Both the position numbers and the translations under genes were made by a program. Source: Candidatus Latescibacterota bacterium (GTDB taxonomy: Bacteria > Latescibacterota > UBA2968). Taken from it: a DNA stretch of 64,000 nucleotides. Shown in pieces: positions 38,401 to 47,890 of this stretch. Below the pieces are notes generated by a model. The model ran no database searches, was not told the origin of the DNA, and worked only from the letters and a program-made list of their open reading frames with translations. Every line of letters begins with the position of its first letter. The first letter of the stretch is position 1. The stretch covers positions 576,001 to 640,000 of the forward strand of contig OZ242010.1 in the NCBI GenBank assembly GCA_965204745.1, given 5' to 3'.

Positions 38401-38515
38401 TCTCGATGGCGTCCCGCTTGTAATTCATAATGCGGTAGATGCCGAAATCGAGGTCCGTGCTGTCGAACTGAAACAACTCGCGCAACAGGTGCTGGAATTT
38501 TTCTTGGATTGTCAT
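35483..38515 (-). CDS. mod: Type III R-M DNA methyltransferase Mod subunit
   Basis: YIDPPYNTG (motif IV), variable TRD, DYFAGSGTTGHA (motif I); N-terminal DLDFGIYRIMN. Confidence 0.93.
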   Translation of the reverse strand: MTIQEKFQHLLRELFQFDSTDLDFGIYRIMNYKRDAIEKFIAEDLPKAIADDLEQGLLAEQDRAAAELEEIAQSVEDNFGEGAIEANGELVSFHNTPLGRKYLNARAKAAGARRREAVEIDIFNHLYAFFSRYYEDGDFISKRRYAKHQQYAIPYNGEEVHLHWANRDQYYVKTGEHFRDYDWKAPNGIAVRFRIRAADVEQNNVKGDKRFFLPLVDETHWDHSTRAIAIPFEYRPLTEGEKRDYGTKNQQENIIAAAVDAIPKRLGKATDALAALTGERRRDGDGEPVSHLAHHLRQYTRRNTSDFFIHKDLKGFLARELDFYLKNEVLNLDEMTAIGENMVGGWFQMMRVIKVVGGQIIDFLNQIECFQKMLWEKRKFITETHYCIAVSTIDEKFYPAIAACEPQWAKWKALFHIDEDAINLFNSGKDTQGKRIAFMQAHPTLMLDTRHFDADFTDRLLASFDDLDGMTDGLLIHSENYQALNLLQEKYAEQVSCIYIDPPYNTGDDDFIYRDAYQHSCWLVMISDRAMLSKFLMNEKSSFWVNLDDIEIAHFRLLLDSIFGPEHFIGNIAWKKTSGDNKPAFAFVHDNLVIYGAEPTRALPSPQIAKQYSNPDNDPRGDWAGSDYRSKWHKQERPNLYYGITHPNTGEIIYPDSYSDSPRVWGCDKKTHKENEKNKLVWWGNDGNSKEPRKKRFLSEHRGLNIRSIWDDAGTNDSASKNIRDLFEFEVNGRLNPKPWELPKKIFGFASKEALIADYFAGSGTTGHAVINLNREDGGRRKFILVEMGEYFDTVLLPRIEKITFAPEWKDGKPKRMATPDEAERSPRIVKSMRVESYEDALNNIAFDDAATQLKLEDRFDDYLIKYMLQWETKDSETLLNVVKIASPFTYRLRVHTNGETQERTADIPETFNYLLGLNVRTRRVHQDEGRRYVVYRGETRDAPGREVAVIWRKTEGWERSDFDRDRRFVAEQGLIDDVAVVYVNGDSCIPGAITVEPMFKARMFAEVAR

Positions 38516-38525
38516 GTTGCGGTCC

Positions 38526-39992
38526 TCATTTTTGACCGGCGGTTGCCGGTGGATGCCGTTGCCAGCGCAGGATCGGTTTGCGCGCCGCGGTGGCTTCGTC
38601 CAGTCGCCGCACGGGGGTCGCGTGGGGGGCATCTTTGAGCAGCGCGGGATTTTCTTCGGCTTCCCGTGCGATGCGAATCATCGCGTCGATAAAAACGTCG
38701 AGTTGCTCCAGGCTCTCGGTCTCGGTCGGCTCGATCAGCATGGTCTCGGGCGCGACATTGGGCAGGGGAAAATAAATCGTGGGCGGATGGATGCCGAAAT
38801 CGATCACGCGCTTGGCGATATCGGTTGCGGAAATCCCAGTCGCCTTTTTTTGCCGCGACGCGGAAAACACCATCTCGTGCATGGGTTGCCCATTCTTGGG
38901 CTGGTCGTAATGCGCGTGGAGTTTTGCCGCGATGTAGTTGGCATTCAAAACCGCCATCTCGCTCGTGCGGCGCATGCCTTCTGCGCCGAGCATCTTGGCA
39001 TAGACCAGCGCGCGCAGAAGCATCCCAAAATTCCCGTAAAACGAACTCACCTTGCCAATGGACTGCGGTCGGTCGAAATCGAGCTGAAACGCGTCGTCCT
39101 TTTTCGCCACAACCGGCAGGGGCAAAAAGGGCAACAGGGCCTCTGTCACGCCCACGGGGCCAGACCCCGGCCCGCCGCCGCCGTGCGGCGTGGTAAAGGT
39201 CTTGTGCAAATTGATATGCACCACATCAAAGCCCATGTCCCCGGGCCGGCACTGCCCGAGAAAGGCGTTGAGATTCGCGCCATCGTAGTACAACAGGCCC
39301 CCGACCCCGTGGACCAGCGCGGCAATTTTTTCGATCTCGTCCTCAAACACGCCAAAGGTATTGGGATTGGTCAGCATCAGCCCGGCCACGTCATCGGTCA
39401 ACCGCGCCTCGAGATCCGCCACATCCACCGTGCCGCGGTCGGTCGATTTGATCGCCTGCACGGTATAGCCACACATCGCCGCGGTCGCGGGGTTGGTACC
39501 GTGCGCGGAATCCGGAATCAGCACCACCTTTTTGCGGTTGCCCATCGCCTCGTGATGCGCCGCGATCAGGGAAATCCCCACAAACTCGCCCTGCGCGCCG
39601 GCCGCGGGTTGAAACGTGAACCCCGCCATGCCGCTGATGGCTTTGAGCACCTGTTCCATCTCGTAGATCACTTGCAGCGCGGCTTGGGCATTGTCCGCCA
39701 AGGGATGCAACCCCGCGATCTGCGGCATGCGCGCCACCTTCTCATGCACTCTCGGATTGTATTTCATCGTACACGACCCCAGGGGATAAAACTGCGTATC
39801 GATGCTGAAATTCATCTGCGACAGCGCGGTATAATGGCGCACGAGTTCCAACTCGCCCACCTCGGGCAGCGCGGGCGGAATGTCGCGGCGCATGGATTCG
39901 GGAATCGCCGCGCCGGAATCCACCGCCGCCGGAAAGGTCGCGCATCGCCTGCCCGGCGCGCCGCGTTCAAAAATCAATTTCTCGGCCATCAT
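38526..39992 (-). CDS. gcvPB: Glycine dehydrogenase subunit 2
   Basis: YPLGSCTMKYNP, SAHGTNPA, NLHKTFTTPHGGGGPGSGP, IEPTETES. Confidence 0.96.
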   Translation of the reverse strand: MMAEKLIFERGAPGRRCATFPAAVDSGAAIPESMRRDIPPALPEVGELELVRHYTALSQMNFSIDTQFYPLGSCTMKYNPRVHEKVARMPQIAGLHPLADNAQAALQVIYEMEQVLKAISGMAGFTFQPAAGAQGEFVGISLIAAHHEAMGNRKKVVLIPDSAHGTNPATAAMCGYTVQAIKSTDRGTVDVADLEARLTDDVAGLMLTNPNTFGVFEDEIEKIAALVHGVGGLLYYDGANLNAFLGQCRPGDMGFDVVHINLHKTFTTPHGGGGPGSGPVGVTEALLPFLPLPVVAKKDDAFQLDFDRPQSIGKVSSFYGNFGMLLRALVYAKMLGAEGMRRTSEMAVLNANYIAAKLHAHYDQPKNGQPMHEMVFSASRQKKATGISATDIAKRVIDFGIHPPTIYFPLPNVAPETMLIEPTETESLEQLDVFIDAMIRIAREAEENPALLKDAPHATPVRRLDEATAARKPILRWQRHPPATAGQK

Positions 39993-41329
39993 AGCACCGC
40001 CCTCCACGCCTCGATCAAGCGGTCGAGATCCGCATCGGTCCGCTTTTCGGTGACACACGTCAAAATGCAGTTTTCCAACCCGGGGTAAAACCGCCCCAAA
40101 TCAATCCCCGCTGCAACGCCTTGCTGCCCCAACGCAGCGAGCACCTCCGATGCCTTGTGATCGGTCTCCAAAACAAACTCGTTAAATATGGCCCCAGAAA
40201 ACTTTTGGCGCACCCCGTCCAATGCGGTCAAGGCGTGCAACGCGCGGTGACTCTGGTGCCAGTTCAAGTCGCCCACCTCTCGAAACCCCTGCGGCCCGAG
40301 TGCTGCCAAATACACGGTGATCGCCGTCGCACACAGGGTTTGATTGGTGCAGATATTCGACGTGGCGCGCTCGCGCCGAATGTGTTGCTCCCGCGTTTGC
40401 AACGTCAGCACGAACCCGCGCTTGCCATCCACATCGGTCGTCTCGCCGCAAATCCGCCCGGGCATTTTGCGGACATGGGCCTCTCGCGACGCAAAAAACC
40501 CGACGTATGGCCCGCCATACGACAGGGGCAGGCCCAAGGGCTGTCCATCGCCCACGACCACATCCGCGCCAAAATCCCCCGGCGGGCGAATCGCGCTCAA
40601 CGACATGGGATTGACGCACGCCACAAAAGCCGTTTGCGTCTGATCGACCAAACTTCCGATCTCGTCCAAGGACTCGAGCACGCCAAAAAAATTGGGATTT
40701 TGCACGACCACGGCCGCGGTCTGCGCCGTCAACTCGCGCTTCAAAACCGCCAGATCCAGCGCCCCGGAATCGCACCACGGCACATCCACCAACTCCAGCC
40801 CAATCCCGCGCACATACGTGCCCACCACCTGCCGGTAAAACGGATGCAGGCTTTGGGGCAACAAAACGCGCGTGCCATCGTTCAGGCGCACCGCCATCAG
40901 CACGGCCTCGGCCAGCGCAGACGCGCCGTCGTACATTGACGCATTCGCGACCTCCATGCCGGTCAATTCGCAAATCGCGGTTTGAAATTCAAAAATAGCC
41001 CGAAGCGTCCCCTGGCTCACCTCGGGCTGATAGGGCGTGTACGCGGTAAAAAATTCGCCCCGAGAGATCATGGCATCGACCGCGCTCGGGGCAAAATGAT
41101 CGTAAGCGCCGCCGCCCAAAAACGACGCGGTCGCAGCGCGGTCATGCGCGTCATCGGCCAGCGATTGCACAAATGCCATCGCCTCCATTTCGCTGATCCC
41201 GGGCGGCAACGCGAGGGCTTTCAACCGCAGCGATGCGGGCACTGGGGCGAACAAATCGCCGACAGCCGAAACCCCGATCACCTCGAGCATGTGCTGCACA
41301 TCGCGTGCTGTATGCGGCGTGTAATTCAT
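39989..41329 (-). CDS. gcvPA: Glycine dehydrogenase subunit 1
   Basis: AYTPYQPEVSQGTL, NASMYDGA, TREQHIRRERATSNICTNQ. Confidence 0.96.
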   Translation of the reverse strand: MNYTPHTARDVQHMLEVIGVSAVGDLFAPVPASLRLKALALPPGISEMEAMAFVQSLADDAHDRAATASFLGGGAYDHFAPSAVDAMISRGEFFTAYTPYQPEVSQGTLRAIFEFQTAICELTGMEVANASMYDGASALAEAVLMAVRLNDGTRVLLPQSLHPFYRQVVGTYVRGIGLELVDVPWCDSGALDLAVLKRELTAQTAAVVVQNPNFFGVLESLDEIGSLVDQTQTAFVACVNPMSLSAIRPPGDFGADVVVGDGQPLGLPLSYGGPYVGFFASREAHVRKMPGRICGETTDVDGKRGFVLTLQTREQHIRRERATSNICTNQTLCATAITVYLAALGPQGFREVGDLNWHQSHRALHALTALDGVRQKFSGAIFNEFVLETDHKASEVLAALGQQGVAAGIDLGRFYPGLENCILTCVTEKRTDADLDRLIEAWRAVL

Positions 41330-41928
41330 CGCTCCTCACTTTTAATTTTTTTCCAAACACCCACAGCACGCTGCCGACATGCGGCTAGGGTCGCGTCATT
41401 GACCACGACAAAATCCGCAACCGCCACCTTGTCTTTCTCCGGCAACTGCGCGGCTATGCGCGCTTTGACCTCGGTTTCTGAAATGCCCAACCGCGCCATC
41501 GTGCGCTCGATTCGCATCGGCTCGGGCGCTGTCACCACCACCAAAATGTCGATCCACGCCTTGGGATCGCCGCGCTCAAGTAGCAAAGCCGCATCCACCA
41601 CGACCGGGCGGTTGGGATCGCGGTCCAATGCGGCCTGAATTTTGTGCGACAACGCCTGCCGAAGCGGTTGCCACACCGCGGCATTGAGTTTTTCCCGGCC
41701 TTCATCCGAGGCAAATGCCAACTCGCCCACTGCGCGGCGTATCACCCGTCCGGCTGCATCCAAAATCTCCGGCCCGAACGCATCGACCAAATTGCGGATC
41801 ACAGCCGGGTCGCGCAGCACGTCATGCCCGACGGCATCGGCGTCTATCACATGCGCGCCGGCCTCTTCAAACACCGCGCAAACCGTGCTCTTGCCCGCGC
41901 CGATCCCCCCTGTGACGCCCACGATCAC
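41326..41928 (-). CDS. coaE: Dephospho-CoA kinase
   Basis: GVTGGIGAGKSTV, IDADAVGH, DAALLLE; GTG start with GGAGG RBS. Confidence 0.95.
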   Translation of the reverse strand: MIVGVTGGIGAGKSTVCAVFEEAGAHVIDADAVGHDVLRDPAVIRNLVDAFGPEILDAAGRVIRRAVGELAFASDEGREKLNAAVWQPLRQALSHKIQAALDRDPNRPVVVDAALLLERGDPKAWIDILVVVTAPEPMRIERTMARLGISETEVKARIAAQLPEKDKVAVADFVVVNDATLAACRQRAVGVWKKIKSEER

Positions 41929-42857
41929 GGCTCGTCCTCCCGGCGATAAACGCGCAACATCATGGGCAACTCCTCGGCGGCCTCTTCGGCTTCCCAGCGG
42001 CGCAGGGTCGCGCGATTCCGCAGGCGCACACAGAAATAGGCCAGAAACAAGAGTAATGCGAGATACAACCAAAACAAATCGGGCGAAAAGAGCAGCGCCA
42101 TCGGGCCAAACCGCCCCTGCACATGCTCGCGCCATCGGTGTTCAAATTCGCGCGGCGTGATGCCCGTCACCCGAAACAAAGCCACCTCGAAGGGCGCGTC
42201 GGCCTGCAATTCCGCGAGCATGGCCACCACGGCATTTGGCCCGCCCAAGCGGATCAAAAACCCGACCGCCATCAAACTTTCCGTGTACGCCAAATCCGCT
42301 TTGGCAGACGGGAACGACAACACCTCGTCAATCTCGGACAGCGGGATCAATCCCCCGGCGAAAACCGCGTAAATCATCGCCGCGGTCTGTTGCAACCGCC
42401 ACTCGTGAGACGCCCACATCGCCACGCCCTCGTGAAACCACACGGGCACGCGCTTGGGCACGGTGGCGTGCAGCAACACATGGGCAAATTCGTGCCGCGC
42501 AACCTGGAGCAAATTGCCGACCCGCGCTTGCAAAACAATGGTGCGCGATTCGAGAAACGCAACCCCCGCGCTCCAATGCGGCAATCGCTCCTTTGTCAAG
42601 TCGTGAAAAACACCCTGCGAGGGCGCGAGATAAACCGCGATGGGAACAGCGGGCGCGCCCCCCAACTTGCGCTGAATCTCACTGCGCCCGATGAGGAGAT
42701 CGCCCAACAATGCCCGCGCCCGACCCGTATCTGCCTGCGCGAGATAAAGCGCGAGGCCATCGCGTTCAAACCGGTGCCACTGCGTCGCACGCGCTGTGGA
42801 AACCGCGAAAAGGATCGAAAACCACAGCCACAAAATTTGCATTGAACGGGCAGCCAT
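41925..42857 (-). CDS. Peptidase MA-like metallohydrolase, membrane anchored
   Basis: Signal peptide, HEFAH, PVWFHEGVA, C-terminal TM helix. Confidence 0.85.
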   Translation of the reverse strand: MAARSMQILWLWFSILFAVSTARATQWHRFERDGLALYLAQADTGRARALLGDLLIGRSEIQRKLGGAPAVPIAVYLAPSQGVFHDLTKERLPHWSAGVAFLESRTIVLQARVGNLLQVARHEFAHVLLHATVPKRVPVWFHEGVAMWASHEWRLQQTAAMIYAVFAGGLIPLSEIDEVLSFPSAKADLAYTESLMAVGFLIRLGGPNAVVAMLAELQADAPFEVALFRVTGITPREFEHRWREHVQGRFGPMALLFSPDLFWLYLALLLFLAYFCVRLRNRATLRRWEAEEAAEELPMMLRVYRREDEP

Positions 42858-42940
42858 GAGATTATCGCGCTCGGAGTTCCATCCGTTCTGCGAACCTACG
42901 AACCCACGAAGTGCGTCGGGTTTTGGGGTGGGGACTGACG

Positions 42941-42975
42941 ATGCGAATTAAGCGTTGAATCCATTGCGTATTTGT
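42941..42975 (+). mobile_element. Orphan IS982 left-end remnant
   Basis: ATGCGAATTAAGCGTTGAATCCATTGCGTATTTGT, preceded by GGGGACTGAC as at 1532-1541. Confidence 0.7.
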
Positions 42976-42980
42976 TATGA

Positions 42981-43169
42981 GGACCTACCCCCCTAACCCC
43001 CCTTCCTGCGAGGAAGGGGGGAACAGTGAGCGGTTTTGCGAGGGGATTGATGAGGGATATTTAATCGCTTTATACCCTCGGTCAACGCCATCAGAGCAAC
43101 CAGAGCGAGAAGCCATCAAAGGGACTTTACTCCCCTTTCCTTTTAGGAAAGGGGCCGGGGGATAGGTCC
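42981..43169. mobile_element. MITE-like element (same family as 34941-35170)
   Basis: GGACCTACCCCC...GGGGGATAGGTCC. Confidence 0.75.
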
Positions 43170-43287
43170 CCTCGCGCAACGCCATCAGAGCAACCTAAGC
43201 CATCAAAGGACCAAACGCCTTAAATGAGCAAGAAGCAACACAGTTGCTACTCTGTGCGGCACAAAAAATGAAATGTCAACACAACCT

Positions 43288-43370
43288 ACTGACAACTGAC
43301 AACTGACAACTGACAACTGACAACTGACAACTGACAACTGACAACTGACAACTGACAACTGACAACTGAC
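43288..43370 (+). repeat. Heptamer tandem repeat (ACTGACA), about 12 copies, ending in the hflC stop codon
   Basis: Read directly. Confidence 0.95.
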
Positions 43371-44230
43371 TACCGCGCACGCGCCTTGCCCAAGTACCTA
43401 AAAAAATCACTGCTCGGCGGCATCACAACCGTCGTGCCTTGGCCCAGGGTTTTTTCATACGCCTCGAGGGTGCGCCAAAATTCAAAGAACCGGGGATCTT
43501 GCTCGAACGCATCGGCGTAAATCCGCAATGCCTCGGCATCGCCCTCGCCGCGAATCAACTGGGATTTTTGCAGGGCTTCAGAGGTGAGAGTCGTCACTTC
43601 GAGATCGGTCTGGGCGCGGATTTTCGTGGCGATCTCTTCTCCCTCGGCGCGGTATTCCTTGGCCTGTCGCGTGCGTTCGGCGCGCATGCGCTCAAACACA
43701 TTGGCCTTGTTCTCGAGCGGCAAATCCGCGCGCTTGATCCGCACATCCACGATATCGATGCCCAGCGCGAGCGCGGCATCGCGGGACAGATCGGTCACCC
43801 TTTTCATAATTTCCTCGCGGCTCGTGGCGACGATCTCGGTCAGGGTGCGTTGCCCGAGTTCCTCTCGAACCGCGGAAAAAATAATGTCATCCAAGCGCGA
43901 TTGCGCGTACGAAACATTTTGCACAGACACCAAAAACTTGAGGGGATCCGCGATGCGCCACCGCGCGAAATTATCCACGATCAGGTTTTTCTTGTCCTGG
44001 GTGTAAATCTGCCGAGGATCGGCATCGCTGTACAACAGGCGATCTTCAAAGGTGTGCAACTGCTGAATAAACGGAATTTTGAAATTCAAACCGGGGGTCT
44101 GCACCGTGCGGATCGGCTGGCCAAATTCCGTGACCACGACCTGCTCGCGTTCATCCACGATATAACACGACGCTTGCACCAAAATAATCGCCGCGATCAA
44201 AACGACCACCACAGTCACCAAGTTTCGCAT
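43370..44230 (-). CDS. hflC: FtsH protease modulator HflC
   Basis: PGLNFKIPF, DKKNLIVDNFARWRI.DP, IVDVRIKRADLP, RMRAER. Confidence 0.96.
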   Translation of the reverse strand: MRNLVTVVVVLIAAIILVQASCYIVDEREQVVVTEFGQPIRTVQTPGLNFKIPFIQQLHTFEDRLLYSDADPRQIYTQDKKNLIVDNFARWRIADPLKFLVSVQNVSYAQSRLDDIIFSAVREELGQRTLTEIVATSREEIMKRVTDLSRDAALALGIDIVDVRIKRADLPLENKANVFERMRAERTRQAKEYRAEGEEIATKIRAQTDLEVTTLTSEALQKSQLIRGEGDAEALRIYADAFEQDPRFFEFWRTLEAYEKTLGQGTTVVMPPSSDFFRYLGKARAR

Positions 44231-44231
44231 C

Positions 44232-45206
44232 TCATTTCCCTCCTGCAACTGGCTTTTGCAAATTGAGCACATTCAAAATCCCGCCCTTGCCATCGGACTC
44301 CACGACGAATTTTTGCATGCCGGGCAGAATTTTTTCCATCGTTTCGAGATAGAGGCGCGTTTCCGTCACGTCTTTTGCCTTGCGGTATTCCCTGAGCACC
44401 TCCACGAACCGGTCCGCATCGCCCTGTGACCGCTTGATCCGCTCGACCTTATAGGCTTCGGCTTCTCGGATCATCTTTTCGGCCTCGCCGCGCGTTTTGG
44501 GGATGATGTCATTGCGATACGCCTCTGCCTCGTTTTGATGGCGGATGCGGTCTTCTCGCGCGCTGGCAACATCCTTGAAAGCGTGATCGACTTCTTGGGG
44601 CACAGACACGGTTTGCAACTTGGCCTGATCCACGCGGACGCCGAGTTTGTAGAGATCGAGCACTTCTTGCACCTGCTGCTGAATCTCCTCCTGGATTTCC
44701 AACTTGCCCTCTGTCAATGCCTCGTCGATGGTGTGCTGCCCAATCACCTGACGCAATGCGGCCTCGGTGACGTCTTTGATGGCTTTTCGCTGATCATTGA
44801 CTTGAAACAAATAATTCTTCATATCCCGGATGCGATACTGCACGATCAGTTCCACATCCACGATGTTCTCGTCGCCGGTCAACATCATCGACTCGGCCGT
44901 CACCTTTTGATACCTCGGCGTGGGCGTCACGCTGATGGTGCGAAAACCCACCTCCAGCCGCTTCACCTCAGACACGCGCTCTTTCTCGATGCGTTCGATA
45001 GGCGCGGGCCAATGGTAGTGAAGCCCGGGATCGGCCACGGACACGGCCTTGCCAAACCGAAACACCACCGCCTGCTCGTCCTGTCGCACCGTGTAGATGC
45101 CGCTGCCCAACCAGAGCAACGCGATCACAACTAACCCGTAGTAGATCATCTTGGGGTTGAATTGCAAATCGAAATTCGGACGATTTGGAAATTGATACTC
45201 TTGCAT
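44232..45206 (-). CDS. hflK: FtsH protease modulator HflK
   Basis: PGLHYHWPAPIE, MLTGDENIVDV, AFKDVASAREDR, RLYLETME. Confidence 0.96.
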   Translation of the reverse strand: MQEYQFPNRPNFDLQFNPKMIYYGLVVIALLWLGSGIYTVRQDEQAVVFRFGKAVSVADPGLHYHWPAPIERIEKERVSEVKRLEVGFRTISVTPTPRYQKVTAESMMLTGDENIVDVELIVQYRIRDMKNYLFQVNDQRKAIKDVTEAALRQVIGQHTIDEALTEGKLEIQEEIQQQVQEVLDLYKLGVRVDQAKLQTVSVPQEVDHAFKDVASAREDRIRHQNEAEAYRNDIIPKTRGEAEKMIREAEAYKVERIKRSQGDADRFVEVLREYRKAKDVTETRLYLETMEKILPGMQKFVVESDGKGGILNVLNLQKPVAGGK

Positions 45207-45238
45207 CAGATCCTCCTTTCGGGATCGGAAAACGCCGT

Positions 45239-46204
45239 TTAACACGGCAACGCGACCTGATGGGTCAGGTCTTCGGGGGTTAAAAATTGACCGATTTGCC
45301 CAATGCCTTCAATCCCGCGCAAACACACATTGATTCCGGCCACGCGGTTGGCAAAGCGACTGGCAACCGCGCGATCACCGGTTTGCAAAAACGCCCAGGT
45401 ATAGCCCATCAAAAACGTATCGCCACACCCGGTCTCATCGCGAGGTTCGCCGATGGGCATAGCATCGAACCGGTGGATTGCGACCCCTGCGCGGTCGTCT
45501 TGGACGATCATCTCTGACCCTCGGTGCCTGCGCGTGATGATCAACGCCGAAGGCCCTGCGGACAACACGCGGCTGGCAAACCGGCATGTCGCGCCCTCGC
45601 CATCCAACATCTCGCCGGCGAGCAACGCGCCTTCCTGCTCGTTCATCTGCACCACATCCACGCACCCGACCCACGCTTTCCACCGCGGGGGCACGCGCCA
45701 GAACCGGCGGCGGTTGTCGTCTATGCCCAAGGTCAAGCTGTGGACATCCATCAACAACAGGCCCGCGGCAGAGCCACGCACGCCTTGCGCGGTTGCGAGC
45801 GCGAGTTCCATCCCGGTGATAAAATTGAAGCACATCGCGTCGCAGCCCAAAAACGGTTCGATTTGCGAAAGGGACAGTTGCGGGACATCGTAGCGCAGGG
45901 TTTCGCGCTTGCGGCCTTCTGCGTCGTAATCCAAAAAGCAATGGGGATTTTTCCCCGGCACAAACCGAATGCCGTCCAATTTGACCTGGGGATACGGCGC
46001 GAGCTTTTCGCGCACCACATCCTCCATATCGCGCCCCACATTGCAGATCGGATAAATCGCCGCGCGATCAGACGCGATCTCGGCCAAGGCCAGGATGCTG
46101 TACAACAACCCGCCGTAGCTCTTGGTCGTCACGCCATCGGCGGTGTGTATCGTATCGCGGTTAATCGTGCCCAACAACGCGATGCGTGGCCCATGATCCA
46201 ACAT
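45239..46204 (-). CDS. PfkB family carbohydrate kinase
   Basis: QMNEQE and DETGCGDTF anion-hole motif. Confidence 0.85.
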   Translation of the reverse strand: MLDHGPRIALLGTINRDTIHTADGVTTKSYGGLLYSILALAEIASDRAAIYPICNVGRDMEDVVREKLAPYPQVKLDGIRFVPGKNPHCFLDYDAEGRKRETLRYDVPQLSLSQIEPFLGCDAMCFNFITGMELALATAQGVRGSAAGLLLMDVHSLTLGIDDNRRRFWRVPPRWKAWVGCVDVVQMNEQEGALLAGEMLDGEGATCRFASRVLSAGPSALIITRRHRGSEMIVQDDRAGVAIHRFDAMPIGEPRDETGCGDTFLMGYTWAFLQTGDRAVASRFANRVAGINVCLRGIEGIGQIGQFLTPEDLTHQVALPC

Positions 46205-46250
46205 CCGTCAGGTTCCGGGAATCGGGTAAAAATGAACGCAGGTGAAAAGC

Positions 46251-46279
46251 AATCTACGACAATCAAACAGGAGTGTCAA
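46251..46279 (-). promoter_or_regulatory. Sigma70 promoter for pfkB-hflKC
   Basis: TTGACA-N17-TAGATT. Confidence 0.65.
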
Positions 46280-46303
46280 GCGGTCAGTCCGCAACCCCAC
46301 CGT

Positions 46304-46645
46304 GTCTGAATCGCGGATTAAACGGATTACGCAGATTACGCGGATTACCCCACATCCCCACCACCGCTTCATCGTTCCCACTCCGCTATGTCCTTCGCAT
46401 CCCCCGCCGCTATAGACCTATCCCCCCGGCCCCCTTTCCTACAAGGAAAGGGGGAGCGCATGGCTTTTTGAAGGTTTGTCTCCCTGGCTGTTTTGATAGC
46501 TTTGAGCGAATAGATCACGCCATAGAAACCCAAAAACCTCTCGCGTAAATCTCTCGCAAACCCTCTCGCCATTCCCCCTTCCTCGCAGGCACAGGCGTAG
46601 CCTACAACGAGCGAAACGAGTAACGGGGCCTAGGGGGGTAGGTCT
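46304..46645. mobile_element. ~110-bp element joined to a MITE-like element (46414-46645)
   Basis: AGACCTATCCCCCC...GGGGGGTAGGTCT inverted repeats. Confidence 0.75.
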
Positions 46646-46691
46646 CTAGGACGCGGGATACGGACGACCTAAAATCAAATTGGTAGAAAAC

Positions 46692-46730
46692 AAAAACGGC
46701 GATGGACATGAGATCCACCGCCGTTTTTTT
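46692..46730. terminator. Intrinsic terminator after the PorV-like gene
   Basis: AAAAACGGCGATGGA...TCCACCGCCGTTTTTTT. Confidence 0.75.
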
Positions 46731-46748
46731 GTGTGATGGGGGTGAGGG

Positions 46749-47864
46749 TTAGAAACTGACCGCCGCGCTCACCATCTGCACGGAATTGAAGAAGGACGCA
46801 TTGAAGTGCTTGAATGCGTAGTCGATGCGAACGCCTTTTCCGGACTCGGTCTTGTAATGGATGCCTCCGCCGAAGGAATAGTCTTCGGTATCGTGGTTGT
46901 ACTTGTAACCGCCGCGCAGGGCAAACCCCATCGCAGAGGTCGCTGGCTCGAACCGGTATTCCATCCCCAAAAGCGTGCGCTCGTCAAAGTCGATGGGGCT
47001 GTCGATCTCGGTGACGAGTTCGAGGTGATGCGGCGCCGGGGTTCGGCCATACAGGGAAATCAGATCGAACACAAAGCCCAAGCGGAAGGACCGGGGCAAC
47101 TCGAACCGCTCGCGTTGAAACTCCTTTTCCTGACTGAAGTTTCGCACGCTCATCGCTATCGCCAAATTCCGAAAGCCCGTGTTGAAATACGTGCCGATAT
47201 CCACGGCAAACGCATTGAGATCATTTGACCGGGTCTGTTGCGACCCCGCGACAAAAACCGTGCTTTGCCCCAGGTTTTGATGGGCAAACCGCGCCATCGC
47301 GCCCACCGAGAATCGGTCCGTAATCTGAAAACCCCAGCCCGCGGACAAGGCGTAATTCGTCGTGGTGAACGCGCCCGTCTCGGTGTACCCCGCGCTGGCC
47401 GGATCGCTGTTGATCGCCGTGCCATTGATCTCGCCCGCGTCGTGCGTGATAAAGCCCACGCCAAACGTGCCGGGCGCGTTTGGGATTTTGAACACCGCGC
47501 CCGCGACTTGGTGGTTGGTCTCGGCGATCCATCGGGCATGGGTGAAAAACGCCTGCCGCTGGTGGACGAACCCGAGCAAGCCCGGGTTGAGGAACAAGGC
47601 GCCGGGCGCGTCTCCGATCAGCCCTGCGCCCGCGTCTGCCATCGCGCCGCGTCGCGCATCTGTGGAAAATGCGAGAAACACAAAGCCGCTCTGCCCGGCC
47701 TTCACGCCCGAGGGGCGGACTTCTTCCTGATTGGGATAAAGGGGCTCCAGATCGCGGATTTTTTCACCGCCGAGGACGCGCGGGTCCTCAAATTGCGCGC
47801 TGGCCTGCGTGCCCATCAGGGCGAATGCCAGCAGGCATGCCCAGATCATTTTGCGTGTTGTCAC
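46749..47864 (-). CDS. PorV/PorQ family outer-membrane beta-barrel
   Basis: Signal peptide; G..GFVFL....DARRGAMADA, ALFLNPGLL, AVDIGTYFNTGF, ALRGGY; terminal Phe. Confidence 0.8.
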   Translation of the reverse strand: MTTRKMIWACLLAFALMGTQASAQFEDPRVLGGEKIRDLEPLYPNQEEVRPSGVKAGQSGFVFLAFSTDARRGAMADAGAGLIGDAPGALFLNPGLLGFVHQRQAFFTHARWIAETNHQVAGAVFKIPNAPGTFGVGFITHDAGEINGTAINSDPASAGYTETGAFTTTNYALSAGWGFQITDRFSVGAMARFAHQNLGQSTVFVAGSQQTRSNDLNAFAVDIGTYFNTGFRNLAIAMSVRNFSQEKEFQRERFELPRSFRLGFVFDLISLYGRTPAPHHLELVTEIDSPIDFDERTLLGMEYRFEPATSAMGFALRGGYKYNHDTEDYSFGGGIHYKTESGKGVRIDYAFKHFNASFFNSVQMVSAAVSF

Positions 47865-47890
47865 AACTGCCTCCTTGTCTGGTTGCGAGC

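Noticed and set aside
35483-38515. Phase-variable mod (phasevarion)
   Set aside because: No simple-sequence repeat tract is visible in the gene or at its 5' end.
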